Shown: positions 52,201 through 62,998 of the stretch, in pieces
How positions within the stretch are numbered: the stretch's first letter is position 1
Layout of the letters: every line of letters begins with the position of its first letter
Assembly: GCF_046119375.1 (NCBI RefSeq)
Contig: NW_027362767.1
Location: forward strand, 247,442,001-247,506,000
DNA: 64,000 nucleotides
Reading direction: 5' to 3'
Source: Phyllobates terribilis
Taxonomy: Eukaryota
Notes under the pieces: model-generated
What the model saw: only the letters and a program-made list of their open reading frames with translations
Databases searched by the model: none
Told to the model about the DNA's origin: nothing
Program-made: the position numbers and the translations under genes

Positions 52201-54365
52201 GTCGCAGACCTATTCCTGGGTGTAAGCATCCCGGGATTGGAGGTTCAGAGCGAGCTTTATCCAGGGAAGCGTTCCATTATCCACATGGCTTCCTTCCCTA
52301 CGCTTCCAGACAACGTCCTCCTATCGTCTGCTCGTTTCCCGCTGGAACTATCCTCTACCACTGTTCTCTACCACCAGCTCTTAATTCTGTGCATTTGTTG
52401 TCTGTGACGCCTCCATCCATCCTGTCATACCCCTGCTCCGGTTCCCTCCATCATGCTCTCTGCTCTGTTCTCTATTTTGTGTTTCCCCCTTTTGATATCC
52501 ATTCTGTGATTTGCCCTCCCGTTTCGCAGGCCTGGATTATATGGTCCCCGTCGCGGGTCATCTCTGCAGGCTGTGTCACAAATTCTATCCTAGTGACTCT
52601 GCTGCTCGGCTCACACACTGCAAGTCCCTGGTGCATTTTCAGAACGTCCAGGTTAGACCCTTCTCCTGTTGCATGGCCTGGCTTCTGTTGTTTTGTTCCA
52701 CCCGCTCTCTTGTCTCTGCTGTCACATGAACACCCTATTGAGTGTCCTTAGCTGTTGTTCTAGATCACTGTGTGTCGTATGTCATCACATGGCTTTTCGG
52801 ATCATCTTTCCTCTTGCTTACGTCCCTCCCACCGTACGGCGCTCTACATCTGCTTCCTGAATTAATAGCTTTTGCGCAGTCGTTAGAGCGTACTGGTAAC
52901 GCAGAATACTTCCTCCATTGCACATAGCACTTGATAATCCTAACTACAGATTATTAGTCTTTTTAGTCTTCTATTTCCAGTTTAGGAAGGATTCACACAT
53001 CCATGTGTCGTGATGCATGGACCGACCGCGGTCTCCTGACCTTGACCGTCTCATATATGCTTATGAGGCTGTTTGGATTGGGAGACTCATGGCCGGTTTG
53101 TTACTCCAGGACTGTGACACAAGGATGTGTGAACGCAGCATTCGACTCGGCACTGTTGCTTCTGTATATAAATAAATCTACAGCAATGTGCCGGTTCTGT
53201 CACATGATTGACAAGTGGAGCCGGATGGGCCCTGATGATTTGTAATGGGATCCATTGGATTCTGCCAAGCTCTGTATTGCTTTGATGGAGAGAAAATATA
53301 ACTATTTCATCAGATTTGATGAACAGCCTCATTTTACTTTTCCATGAATCCTGCCAGAGAACGTACCTACACAGAGTTATCTGCTGAGATGGGGAATCCT
53401 GACCTGAAAATTGGCATAAATGTAAGCAATTCTGCTGAAAGAATGGTAAACCATGAAGGCATAGGAGAAGCATTTTTATAAAGGGCTTGTGAGCGCTGCT
53501 CTGAAGCCTCTGCTTGTAGCATAGTACAGTGCTGTTTGGGCCGCTGGACCGAACTGTCAAACAGGAAACCGGGAGCAGTCTGCTCCTACACAAGATACAA
53601 CCGTCCCTTTCAGGGAACACTTTGGGCATTATACAGTGTCCATTTTCACCAATGCAAGACTAAGGGGGTGGAGGATGACACATGGACTTAAAAAGTGCCA
53701 AAAAGAGGATCCTTCTTTTAGATTAAGTGCTGGTGGTCTAGTCATACAAACCACCTGCAGTTTCTTTGGGTGACCATGCCAGACACGCCATAATTGGGTA
53801 CTTTTGGCATTGCCAACCGGCCTTTTAAGGACTTGCTTTGGCTCGGCCAAGCAAATAGAGAATTGTACATTGGGGAATCTAAATTAATCCACTTTGTGTG
53901 GATATTTTTCTGGGTCTTTCCCACAAGTCTAGTTTGGACTCTCCCCATGTTAATACCTTACTAATTCATGCACCACTTTGTTTCTAGAGATCCAAAGCGG
54001 AGAAAAAGAGCTGCATGGCATTACAAGACACACTATCTGTCCAGGAGGATGAAAGTGGAAATCTGGGTGAGGCAACCATTGCTGATCAGACAGATGAAGG
54101 CTCAGACCCTCTACTGCAAGGTGGTGGCATCAAAGCAGCAAGTGCGCCTGACGCCAGAGGAGGGACCTCCGTAAATAGCAAGTGTGGCGACTCGGAATCC
54201 GCCTTTGATGCGGTCATCGGTACGAGCGAGGAAGATTCCAGCTTTTTGCTGGATCAAGAAATGTTTCTAGACCAGAAGGAAGACGAAGCTGAAGATGAGG
54301 AAACTCTCTATAGCGATGAAACGTCATCGACCTGCAGACCGACCTCGCTCCGCAGAGTCAGATAA
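38724..54365 (+). CDS. CIZ1: Cip1-interacting zinc finger protein 1, 15 coding exons, 657 aa as reconstructed
   Basis: join(38724-38863,38935-39062,39542-39708,41659-41803,47106-47172,48093-48133,48246-48307,48381-48551,48635-48768,49773-49860,50457-50570,50655-50807,52133-52196,52530-52651,53988-54365) = 1974 nt, all GT-AG and phase-consistent. Q-rich N-terminus, three C2H2 fingers, [10 protein letters not shown] acidic/MH3 region and a matrin-type finger match CIZ1. Confidence 0.93.
38935..39062 (+). CDS. CIZ1: CIZ1 coding exon 2
   Basis: [33 protein letters not shown] resembles human QPLLNLQGTNSASLLNGSMLQRALLLQQLQ. Confidence 0.93.
39542..39708 (+). CDS. CIZ1: CIZ1 coding exon 3
   Basis: GNLRGLSM...[18 protein letters not shown] resembles human GNLRGYGM...FFPQATRQSLLGPPPVGV. 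Confidence 0.92.
40119..41056. mobile_element. PIF/Harbinger-type non-autonomous element with an internal long palindrome
   Basis: TTA TSD (40116-40118 and 41057-41059), TIRs GGCTGCGTGCCCAC / GTGGGCACATAGCC, internal inverted repeat 40547-40718. Confidence 0.75.
41411..41428 (-). promoter_or_regulatory. CTCF-consensus motif
   Basis: AGCGCCCCCTAGTGGTGG, near-perfect consensus, motif match only. Confidence 0.5.
41659..41803 (+). CDS. CIZ1: CIZ1 coding exon 4
   Basis: Open and phase-compatible (0 to 1), [12 protein letters not shown]...ESLNS, canonical splice sites, low conservation. Confidence 0.75.
42310..46590 (+). mobile_element. Near-full-length CR1 LINE (disrupted ORF1 and ORF2) in the CIZ1 intron 41804-47105
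   Basis: ORF1: CxxC..CxxC plus leucine zipper (QCTSCHMY...CARC...LEAQILDL) and an SGNH esterase block (VVGDSIIRG...HIGTHD). ORF2: APE (YTNARSL, GDFNYP, SDH) and RT ([17 protein letters not shown]). 3' tail of AACTATGTTA-like repeats. 5' boundary approximate. Confidence 0.93.
47106..47172 (+). CDS. CIZ1: CIZ1 coding exon 5
   Basis: [22 protein letters not shown] resembles human ELPAKRLRS. Confidence 0.85.
48093..48133 (+). CDS. CIZ1: CIZ1 coding exon 6
   Basis: [14 protein letters not shown], phase-compatible, canonical sites. Confidence 0.75.
48246..48307 (+). CDS. CIZ1: CIZ1 coding exon 7
   Basis: [21 protein letters not shown], phase 1 to 0, donor GAG|GTCGGT. Confidence 0.7.
48381..48551 (+). 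CDS. CIZ1: CIZ1 coding exon 8 (start of zinc finger 1)
   Basis: [10 protein letters not shown]...[15 protein letters not shown] resembles human GGSLKVTILQ...FFCYICKASCSSQQ. Confidence 0.92.
48635..48768 (+). CDS. CIZ1: CIZ1 coding exon 9
   Basis: [31 protein letters not shown]. Confidence 0.92.
49773..49860 (+). CDS. CIZ1: CIZ1 coding exon 10 (zinc finger 2)
   Basis: [24 protein letters not shown]. Confidence 0.95.
50457..50570 (+). CDS. CIZ1: CIZ1 coding exon 11 (zinc finger 3)
   Basis: [33 protein letters not shown]. Confidence 0.96.
50655..50807 (+). CDS. CIZ1: CIZ1 coding exon 12 (acidic domain)
   Basis: [23 protein letters not shown]. The acceptor is a weak GAAG, so the 5' boundary is slightly uncertain. 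Confidence 0.88.
51417..51952 (-). mobile_element. 5'-truncated CR1 fragment with an (ATTCTATG)n tail
   Basis: ORF 51497..51976 [15 protein letters not shown]...[12 protein letters not shown]...RRLRGDL. The reverse complement of the tail (ATCATAGAATCATAGAAT) is at 51417-51434. Confidence 0.93.
52133..52196 (+). CDS. CIZ1: CIZ1 coding exon 13
   Basis: [22 protein letters not shown] resembles human ETYSPNTAYG. Confidence 0.9.
52530..52651 (+). CDS. CIZ1: CIZ1 coding exon 14 (matrin-type zinc finger)
   Basis: [40 protein letters not shown]. Confidence 0.96.
53988..54365 (+). CDS. CIZ1: CIZ1 last coding exon
   Basis: [14 protein letters not shown]...RPTSLRRVR*, acceptor TTTCTAG, in frame with ORF 54015..54365. 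Divergent from the mammalian tail. Confidence 0.78.
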   Translation, partial: RSKAEKKSCMALQDTLSVQEDESGNLGEATIADQTDEGSDPLLQGGGIKAASAPDARGGTSVNSKCGDSESAFDAVIGTSEEDSSFLLDQEMFLDQKEDEAEDEETLYSDETSSTCRPTSLRRVR

Positions 54366-54685
54366 TCAACTGCTGAAGTTCCTGTGCGATGCAACACTTT
54401 AGTTAAAGGACAGCTTAACCCCAAACCTTACATTTTTATATATGATGATAGGATGCACTGTATTGTTTTTTTTCCCACTACAGCTTTGGTAAAAAGTCAA
54501 ATTTGATAGCATTTTTTTTTCTCCAGCAGCACATCCCATTTCTCTAAGTCCAGACTGGTGTGGCCATAGGTCAAAAGTATTGATTGCATGTCAACTAATG
54601 TCTCTCTGGTTTCTGCTCCTGTGAGTCCACAACGGAGGATACACAGCACAACGTAGGATATTGCAAGCGCTTGAGAACCTTAGGC

Positions 54686-55405
54686 TTCTGCGCTGCCCTA
54701 GGCTGAGGCTAGGCGCTTCTGCGCTGCCCTAGGCTGAGGCTAGGCGCTTCTGCGCTGCCCTAGGCTGAGGCTAGGCGCTTCTGCGCTGCCCTAGGCTGAG
54801 GCTAGGCGCTTCTGCGCTGCCCTAGGCTGAGGCTAGGCGCTGCTGCGCTGCCCTAGGCTGAGGCTAGGCGCTGCTGCGCTGCCCTAGGCTGAGGCTAGGC
54901 GCTGCTGCGCTGCCCTAGGCTGAGGCTAGGCGCTGCTGCGCTGCCCTAGGCTGAGGCTAGGCGCTGCTGCGCTGCCCTAGGCTGAGGCTAGGCGCTGCTG
55001 CGCTGCCCTAGGCTGAGGCTAGGCGCTGCTGCGCTGCCCTAGGCTGAGGCTAGGCGCTGCTGCGCTGCCCTAGGCTGAGGCTAGGCGCTGCTGCGCTGCC
55101 CTAGGCTGAGGCTAGGCGCTGCTGCGCTGCCCTAGGCTGAGGCTAGGCGCTGCTGCGCTGCCCTAGGCTGAGGCTAGGCGCTGCTGCGCTGCCCTAGGCT
55201 GAGGCTAGGCGCTGCTGCGCTGCCCTAGGCTGAGGCTAGGCGCTGCTGCGCTGCCCTAGGCTGAGGCTAGGCGCTGCTGCGCTGCCCTAGGCTGAGGCTA
55301 GGCGCTGCTGCGCTGCCCTAGGCTGAGGCTAGGCGCTGCTGCGCTGCCCTAGGCTGAGGCTAGGCGCTGCTGCGCTGCCCTAGGCTGAGGCTAGGCGCTG
55401 CTGCG
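54686..55405. repeat. 31-bp GC-rich tandem repeat, about 23 copies
   Basis: Unit T(T/G)CTGCGCTGCCCTAGGCTGAGGCTAGGCGC. The first 5 copies carry TT and the rest TG, otherwise invariant. Confidence 0.98.
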
Positions 55406-58400
55406 TGCAGCCAGGATAGGACAGAGCTCCCATCTATCAGCCGTCTAGTGATTGTGCTCCATAGTAATGACCGGGTGTACGTGTTCTCTACAGGAAGAAC
55501 GTCACTCCTATATCGAGCCTGAGTAGCTAGGATCACAGAAGTATAGTACACCATATAGTCATGTAGTCATCCTGGTTCTTTTACTATGTAAGCGGCAGCA
55601 TCTGCATCTGGCAAGCAGTCAATGACTCCTTTAAAACCTATAGATTCATGTTTGACTATTAGGGATACGCATAAACAGCAATTACTTAACCCCCTTCCTG
55701 CAACAGGATGTAACTGTGTCCATTGTGGCAGGGCATTGCTGAAAATGGACGCGCAGTGGCTGGCGGGTTTCAGCTGTGATTAGAGATGAGCAGATCGCTT
55801 GGCTCAACCCCAGGTCCAGGTCCGTGCTCTCTGCCCCTGGCCAGGAGCTGTGTGAAGGTTCTTGCAGATTGGCTTATGATTCGCCAGGCTGGCACGTCGT
55901 TACCTGTGCACCTCACAGATATCACGCCAGGCCATTAAATTTAAACACAGCCCCGGGGAACCCGAAAGGTAATGCATATAGCGCAGATCCTGACCTGGAT
56001 CAAGGCCTGGGGCTGCAGGAAGCGATTAGCTCATCTGTTGTTGTGATGTATAGATGACATCTCACTGAAGCGGCTGAGATCAGAAGTGACTCTGATCCCA
56101 ACTGTCTAACCCCATACGATGCCGTGACCAGAGCATCTAGGTAGTTTGAGGAAGGATTGCGTCAGAGAGCGCAAATGAGTGGCCTTGGTTATCTGAAAGG
56201 GAAAGTTTCTACGGTTCAAAATGTCAAAACTATATTCACCCCTTACAGGCAGAATCTGATTGATACAGCTTATTTTACAAGTGGGAGTAATTAAAAAAGA
56301 ACCATAAAGTCCTGCTATTTTGTGCACTCAGCTCTGGTGCAGACTGATGTGTCTCCATGGTGACAAGAGTTGATGTATGGTCAAAATTGGGAGGCAGGGA
56401 GTGAAGAAACACACGACTGACTGACCGGACTACACAAGGTTGCTTTGTCGTCTTACCACACAGACAAACAAGTCGGTCTGCACAGGTGCACTACGCTCAA
56501 AATGGTTGGATTTTTTATTTATTTTTAAATCTGGGATTTTTGCAGAGATGCCGATGGGCTTTGAATAATTGTATTTTATTTTTTTTTTTTATTTCTGATT
56601 CTTTGGTGCGGTATAAGATTGGCTTCAGAAATGCACAGTGCATAATAATCCGCTGTGAATCCTGAGGAATATTGCTTGCTGTTTAGAGCACCCTGTACTT
56701 TATAGAGTAGTGGGGACAAGCGGCTGTAAAAGCTGTGTATTATCAGTCTACAGATTATGTAATAGCTAGTTAGGCAATTCCCTGACATACAGGCGGCCTT
56801 TAAGGCACTAAAACAAATCCGAGTGCTCCTGATCTGGCACAATAGACTCTGCAGAGGCCGTCACTGCTGCATCTGTTCACATGGTCCTGACTGTCATTGT
56901 ATACTAGAGTAGGGTCAGGAATATAAAGGCCATAGCTGGAAGCCCGAGTTGGACAATTCCACTTCCACCATGATCTCATTTGTTACGATTATGACTTAGA
57001 TTTCAATTAAAAGTGTGATGTTAACTTCTACCCCCTGTCTTATGTGGTTAATTCTCTTCCTAATATTTCTTACTGCTATTTTTTTTTAAACTTGTTTGGG
57101 ACCTACAAGAATAACTACATATCACAACCACCATCCATTATCCATCAAGGAGGGCAGATATATATATATAATATATATATATATCTGTCCCTCTCCCGTT
57201 ATGATACTGCAATGGAACTGATCTTGTATCAGCTGTCTTATAGGGTTAGGGTCCCAGTGACAGTCGCTATAATCACAGGACCCTTTAACAAAGAGACCAT
57301 CCCATCAAGAAAACAGCTGTATGTGCCATTAGAGTGTCTCCTAATGTGAATTGTGCTGGACAATTCAGCCACACATGGTTGGGCTACTTTCAGCTTTTCC
57401 CAGTGATGACCTGATAGCGAAGCCCAACCCTTGGCCTAATTGCTGCATTGTTGGGTTGAGTCAACACTTTCATGCTATATGAGATGCATTTCTTGTCTGT
57501 ACCATTGGGAGAATACCTTTGGGTTACAGCTGCTGCCACTAGGAGGGGGAAACCAGATAAGTATTTGCTCATCCTGCAGGCTGTGAAATTTGTTTTAGCT
57601 TGGAGTCCGTAGGAGACTGATATAACTGCTTTAAAGTGGGTCTTAAGGGGATCATGTTTCTTCATGTGCAGAGCACCAAGTTGGTGTAAGGAGACTTATA
57701 GGCCACGCAATGCTCCTCTGGGAATTTAAATATGCAAATATCCTCTTCAAAGACTAGGAGAACAAGAACTCTAGTGCAACCTATTGGGTGTAGTAATCCC
57801 AAAAAGTCAATAGTGACCTTGTACCAAGCTTTGCCATATGAGTTTGGATAACAAGCAAAACCAGGCACTCCATTTACAGATATCGGGTGTTATTTGGGGT
57901 GTTTGCCCCTCATCAGTGCAAAGCGGAACACTTTATGTGGCCAAGTAAGAGGCCTCTTTGGTTTGGATTCAACCTTGACCTCCTTCACCAAAGGGTGTTT
58001 TTTTTGTTTTTTTTTTTTCTTCCTCTATCCCCAACTACCGCTGCTCCAAGTCTTTACTTCCCCCTGCAGTGCTGTCCATCAGGCAAATGATTGGTTAAGT
58101 AGTTAGTTTCTGTGGGCTGGGGAAGTAAGGATCATAGGGCTTACCCAAAATGCACCAGTGCTGGAGAGGAGGCTGATCATTCAGGTTACCACTTTTTTTT
58201 TTTATGTCAAGTTGGACAACCCCTTATACAGTTGTGTTCAAAAGTTTACATAACGTGGCAGAATTTTTCCTTTCTTGGCCTTGTTTCAGAGAATATGAAT
58301 CTCTCTGTATGATGCTCCTCTGGCCTACTGAAGTAGACGTATGCATGGCCTCTCATCCTGAATCCTGTTATGCATGGCCCCCTCATCCTCAGTCCTGGTA

Positions 58401-59426
58401 TGTATGGCACACATGAAAAAAAATAAACACTTATACTCCCCTTCCTTCCTCACATCTGCTGCGTCCTGTATATCAGCAGCTGATGCCAGCATCTGAGCAA
58501 CGCATGACATCACTGCCATGCGCCTTCAGACGCCGAGGTGAGCTGAGGGGATATTCACTCCTCTCCCCGCCGGGACTATGTGCGTGGAGAGGGGTGAATA
58601 TGCATTTTCTTTAATAGCGGGCACTGTCAATCACAGCTCAGTGCTCCTCTGTGCCTGCTGTTAAAGAAAATGCATATTCACTTTTCTCCACTCCCATGGG
58701 CGTGGAGAAGAGTGAATATTCATTTACCTTTAGCAGCGGACACGCGTATCTATAGCAGGGGCTACCCCCCCACTGGAATGTATATACTGAGTATAAGCCG
58801 AGGGAGGGGGGGGCTTTTTCAGGACAAAATGTGCTGAAAAAGTCGGCTTATTCTCTAGTATATACGGTACAACGTCAGCTGATGTTTTTCTCTGACTCAC
58901 CTCAACATTAAGCTCTTTATGTAGTAAGATTCTTCTTACCTTTCTCTGTTCCCCCGCCGTGCAGCATCCACTGCTAAAGCCTGTGCAGAAGCCAGTAGCT
59001 GACTTGGCACTGATGTCATGTGCTTGCCATGACTGCCACACCTATGAGCCGCCCGTGATGGGCATGCAGAAGTCAGCTGCCGGCCTCTGATTGGTTAGCA
59101 GTGTGTATCGCAGTGCAAGGAACTGGTAGGTCCCTGCACCATAATATATTTCAGCAGAATGTGTGTCTTCTGACGCACATCCAATAGAAAGATGTGCTGG
59201 TGTCAGCTAGCCCCCCCCCCCCCCCCCCCCCCCCCCCCTGCTGCATGGGCCCAGTTGCATCCACTGCGACTGATCGTAACACCCCATGATCTGAATCCAC
59301 AGCTTCACTTTAAAAAAAAAAAAAAAAAAAAAGCCTAAATGAAACCGGCCATATGTTAAAATGCTTTAAGAATAGTAAGGGCCCCCCCTTCACAGATAAC
59401 AGTATTACAACATTGTACTACCATAT

Positions 59427-59444
59427 AGCGCCCCCTAGAGGCAG
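59427..59444 (-). promoter_or_regulatory. CTCF-consensus motif just 3' of BBLN
   Basis: AGCGCCCCCTAGAGGCAG, motif match only. Confidence 0.45.
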
Positions 59445-59569
59445 CCCTAAGAAAAACATGTTCAGAAAATTTTCTACATTATATGTAATAAATTAGGGTC
59501 TTCAGTCTATTCGGGCAAGAAACTGCCATGTTGTAGAAATACAGGACGCTCGCTGGTATTGTATGGAGG

Positions 59570-59760
59570 TTATACCCCTTCACTCTGCTGCGACGGCCCA
59601 CTCGGTCCATTCCGATGTAGCTGTTCTTGGAAGTCACGTCGGGCCTGACGGTTGGATTCTAGAAGATCCTGAAGCTGAGCGTGCAGGAGATCATTTTTCT
59701 CCTCCAAGTGATCCAAGCAGAAGTTGATCTGGTCCAACATAAAGTCCAAGGCGGCGTAGT
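59570..59760 (-). CDS. BBLN: Bublin coiled-coil protein (C9orf16 ortholog), coding exon 2
   Basis: (D)YAALDFMLDQINFCLDHLEEKNDLLHAQLQDLLESNRQARRDFQEQL...*, acceptor TTTTCAG. Resembles human EYAAINSMLDQINSCLDHLEEKNDHLHARLQELLESNRQTRLEF. Confidence 0.95.
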
Positions 59761-59997
59761 CTGAAAAATAAGCAAGAGAAGATGTTTAAAAAAAAAAAAA
59801 AACAACACAACCCCCCCCCCCCCCCCCCAACCAGTGTGTGCCAGCCTGGAACCAGACCTGCAGCCTGCATTACAGGAGGGTGTTTATGGGTAAACAGGAC
59901 ATGGCCAGGCTGCCAGTGGCACGTATAAGCAGGCATTGTACAACTACAACTCCCAGCAGGAGACGAGCAGCGGGTTACTAAGCAGGTACAGGCTCAC

Positions 59998-60055
59998 CTT
60001 CCTCCGCGGACACTTCGCCCAGAGGAACCTGCGGATCCCCGTTAGGTCCCGACAT
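59998..60055 (-). CDS. BBLN: Bublin coiled-coil protein, coding exon 1
   Basis: MSGPNGDPQVPLGEVSAEE, donor AAG|GTGAG. Human begins MSGPNGD. Total CDS 249 nt (82 aa). Confidence 0.95.
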
Positions 60056-60206
60056 GATCACAGCCACCTCGTCATGTGACTGCTAGTCATGTGACTACAT
60101 CCTTATATACCGCTGCCGGCTGTGACGTATGGTGCGTTCCGCATTCTGATTGGTTCGCTTTTTTTCTTCTACTGAGGAAGGGGTGGGGTTCTTTGAAGTG
60201 GGCAAG
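60056..60206. promoter_or_regulatory. Bidirectional promoter shared by BBLN and PTGES2 (151 bp ATG to ATG)
   Basis: Two GTCATGTGAC E-boxes (60071-60080, 60086-60095), TATATAA on the minus strand near 60103-60109, TGACGT (60123-60128), ATTGG (60149-60153), and YY1 consensus CAAGATGGCGGC overlapping the PTGES2 ATG. Confidence 0.8.
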
Positions 60207-60557
60207 ATGGCGGCGCACAGGGTCCGGGAGTTGGGCAGGCTGTCATGGCGACTAGCGGGGCAGATGGGGGTTGGGGCGGTAGTTAGAGGCAGTGGAGCCG
60301 GGGTCAGGAGCTTTAGCCGGTTTTCTTACCCAGTGAGCCATATAAAGGGGGGTTTTGTGCCCCTGACCGCACAGCAGAGCTGGGTCTGTTTCCAGTACAG
60401 CTCCTGGCGCGGGTACAGGGCTGCTGGGATATGGCAGGAGGCAGGGAGAGGGGGCAGGAAGATGTGGGGGCTGCTGTTTGCCTTCGGGGGTGCAGTTGGG
60501 GTGATACAGACCCTAAAATATTCCTTAGAGGAGGAGAGAGCGGAGGACGAGGCGCAG
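60207..60557 (+). CDS. PTGES2: Prostaglandin E synthase 2, exon 1
   Basis: MAAHRVRELGRLSWRL...WGLLFAFGGAVGVIQTLKY: Arg-rich leader plus hydrophobic anchor, donor CAG|GTATGA. Confidence 0.88.
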
Positions 60558-61225
60558 GTATGAGAAGATGTTATAGGAAAGTCATAGAAATCCTCCATAC
60601 AGTGCTGGGGAATTGCTTTTCTAGCTATTGCCTGGTACATTATACCCCCATCCCGGCTCCTGACGTTTCCTGGTCCCGGGTGTGGGCGCTGGTGGTACTC
60701 ATGTATGCTCCGCTCTGCCGGGTGTGCATGTGCTGTGTATGGGAACCTGAATAAGACACTGATTGCCCCACAGGACCGTCCCATCCTACTGCTATGGGGG
60801 GAGAATCAGACCTCATACACACTACATGAACTGATATATTCTCTGTATTTATAAAGGTCAGGTTGAGGTCATTCAATGAAGAATCATTCCCATCCCAAAA
60901 TTGAAAGCTGTGCCCTGATCGCTAGAGGTCCGACCATCAGGACCCCCAGGAATACTGAGAACAGCGATGCTGCACATCCCCGACGTCTGCTCCATTCATC
61001 GTCTACGGGAGCGCTGCGCTCAGCATTCCCCAGCAGTCCCATGTATAGTGAATGGACCACAGGTCGGGCATGTGCACCATCGCTGTTCTGAGGACGAGGC
61101 TCCGTGTTCAGTATCTCTGGGGGTCCCAATGGTCGGAGCTCCAGCGATCAGGGCACAGCTAGCAGTTTTGGGAATAACCCTTTAAGGATGATCTGTGCTA
61201 CCCATGCAGTATGTGCAACTGTTAA

Positions 61226-61495
<270 letters not shown>

Positions 61496-61802
61496 TGACT
61501 CTGTATGAAATATGAAGCTCAATGAAGGCTACAACAGCCCCTCGTGGACTCCCATCCGGTGTTTGAGAAGCCATGGATTTGATGTACATATGCTGGCGCA
61601 TGTGCCAAACATATAATGTAAGGCTGCATTTATATGTTCCTGCATGAAACTTATTTTCCAGACTGTCTGCAAACTCACATGCCTCATTGGCTTATATAAA
61701 GCTGTTGAGTTTGGGTTAGGAGACCCACAGCCAGTCCGGACACCACGGTTTGTACACAGGATGCATTAATATGTCGTCTTTCACAGTCCAAGTTCAGCCT
61801 AA

Positions 61803-62446
61803 GGGTGTGTGCACACAGCGTCTTTTTCAGGCAGATTTTGCATGAAAAAGCTCCCCTTAAAATGGACATGGTGCACAGTAATGTCAAAACAATGTCGCTG
61901 TGCACAAGTTCAGTTTTATGTCACTTCTTTTAGCCACTTCAGAGTTTGTCAACCGCGAAGCTGTTAAAAGAAGTGACATGCTGACTCTTTGGGCGGCTTT
62001 CCCTGGGAAGCTGCACACTATCTATAATGAGAGTATAGAGTTAGGGTATGTGCCCACGATCTAGAGCTGCTGTGGCCCTGACGCTACGGAACAGTCGAGC
62101 AGCTTCCGCCCTCATTATGCAAATGAGCGGCTGCAATTTTTTTTTCTCACAAGCAAGGGAAATTGACATGTTGCGGGTCTGAAAGACGCACTGCATGTCA
62201 GTTTCTGCGGGTGTACGGAGATGCATAGTGGACATGGGATTTCTGGAAATCCCATCCACTGTGCTGTAACATCTGGCCGCTGCGGGTTTGACGCTGCATA
62301 AACACTCAGCATCAAACCCACAGCGGCTCCTCATCGTGGGCATATAGCCTTAAAGCCACTACAAGAATGAAGATGCAGCCAATTTAAGAAAATGCAGCTT
62401 CGCCTTGGAAAACTCAGTGTCTAAATGATGCCGTGTGAACTTGCCC
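61803..62446. mobile_element. Nested PIF/Harbinger-type MITEs in PTGES2 intron 2 (inner element 62044-62349)
   Basis: Outer element: TAA TSD, GGG...CACAC termini. Inner element: TTA TSD, TIR GGGTATGTGCCCACGAT / ATCGTGGGCATATAGCC. Confidence 0.7.
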
Positions 62447-62668
62447 TAAGAGGATTTTTCCCATTACATGTTTTTAAAAAAATAAATTGCCATTTTCGTA
62501 AGGCAGCGCCATTGGTAGGAGCATTGCAGGGGCGTTCTGCCCTTTGAGTGCCGGCCATATTCTTTTGGTCTGTGTAGTGTACAAGGCACCATATCTTATG
62601 ACTGTCAGTGGTCACTTTGGGAGGGGGGCAGCACGTTTTCATCACTTATTCATTCGTTTTTCCATCAG

Positions 62669-62724
62669 CAATTAAACGACTCCTCAGTGATCATCAGCGC
62701 AGTGAAAACTTTCCTCGTGTCTGG
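62669..62724 (+). CDS. PTGES2: PTGES2 exon 3
   Basis: QLNDSSVIISAVKTFLVSG. Confidence 0.95.
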
Positions 62725-62845
62725 GTAAGAACAGAGGGACTAATAGTTCCCAGTTGCAAAACGTCATGTCAGCTTTGTGTTTTCTTCATGAATTTTTCTT
62801 TTCTTTTTTTTTTTTTTTTACTTGTCAGTATTTTTATCTTAATGA

Positions 62846-62998
<153 letters not shown>

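Noticed and set aside
59212-59332. Poly-C (about 27) and poly-A (about 22) tracts
   Set aside because: Simple homopolymers with no TSD or retrocopy body, and their lengths are unreliable in assemblies.
54400-59500. Short ORFs between CIZ1 and BBLN as a possible extra gene such as LCN2
   Set aside because: There is no lipocalin GxW motif or exon chain, and the region looks like MITE fragments and UTR/intergenic DNA.
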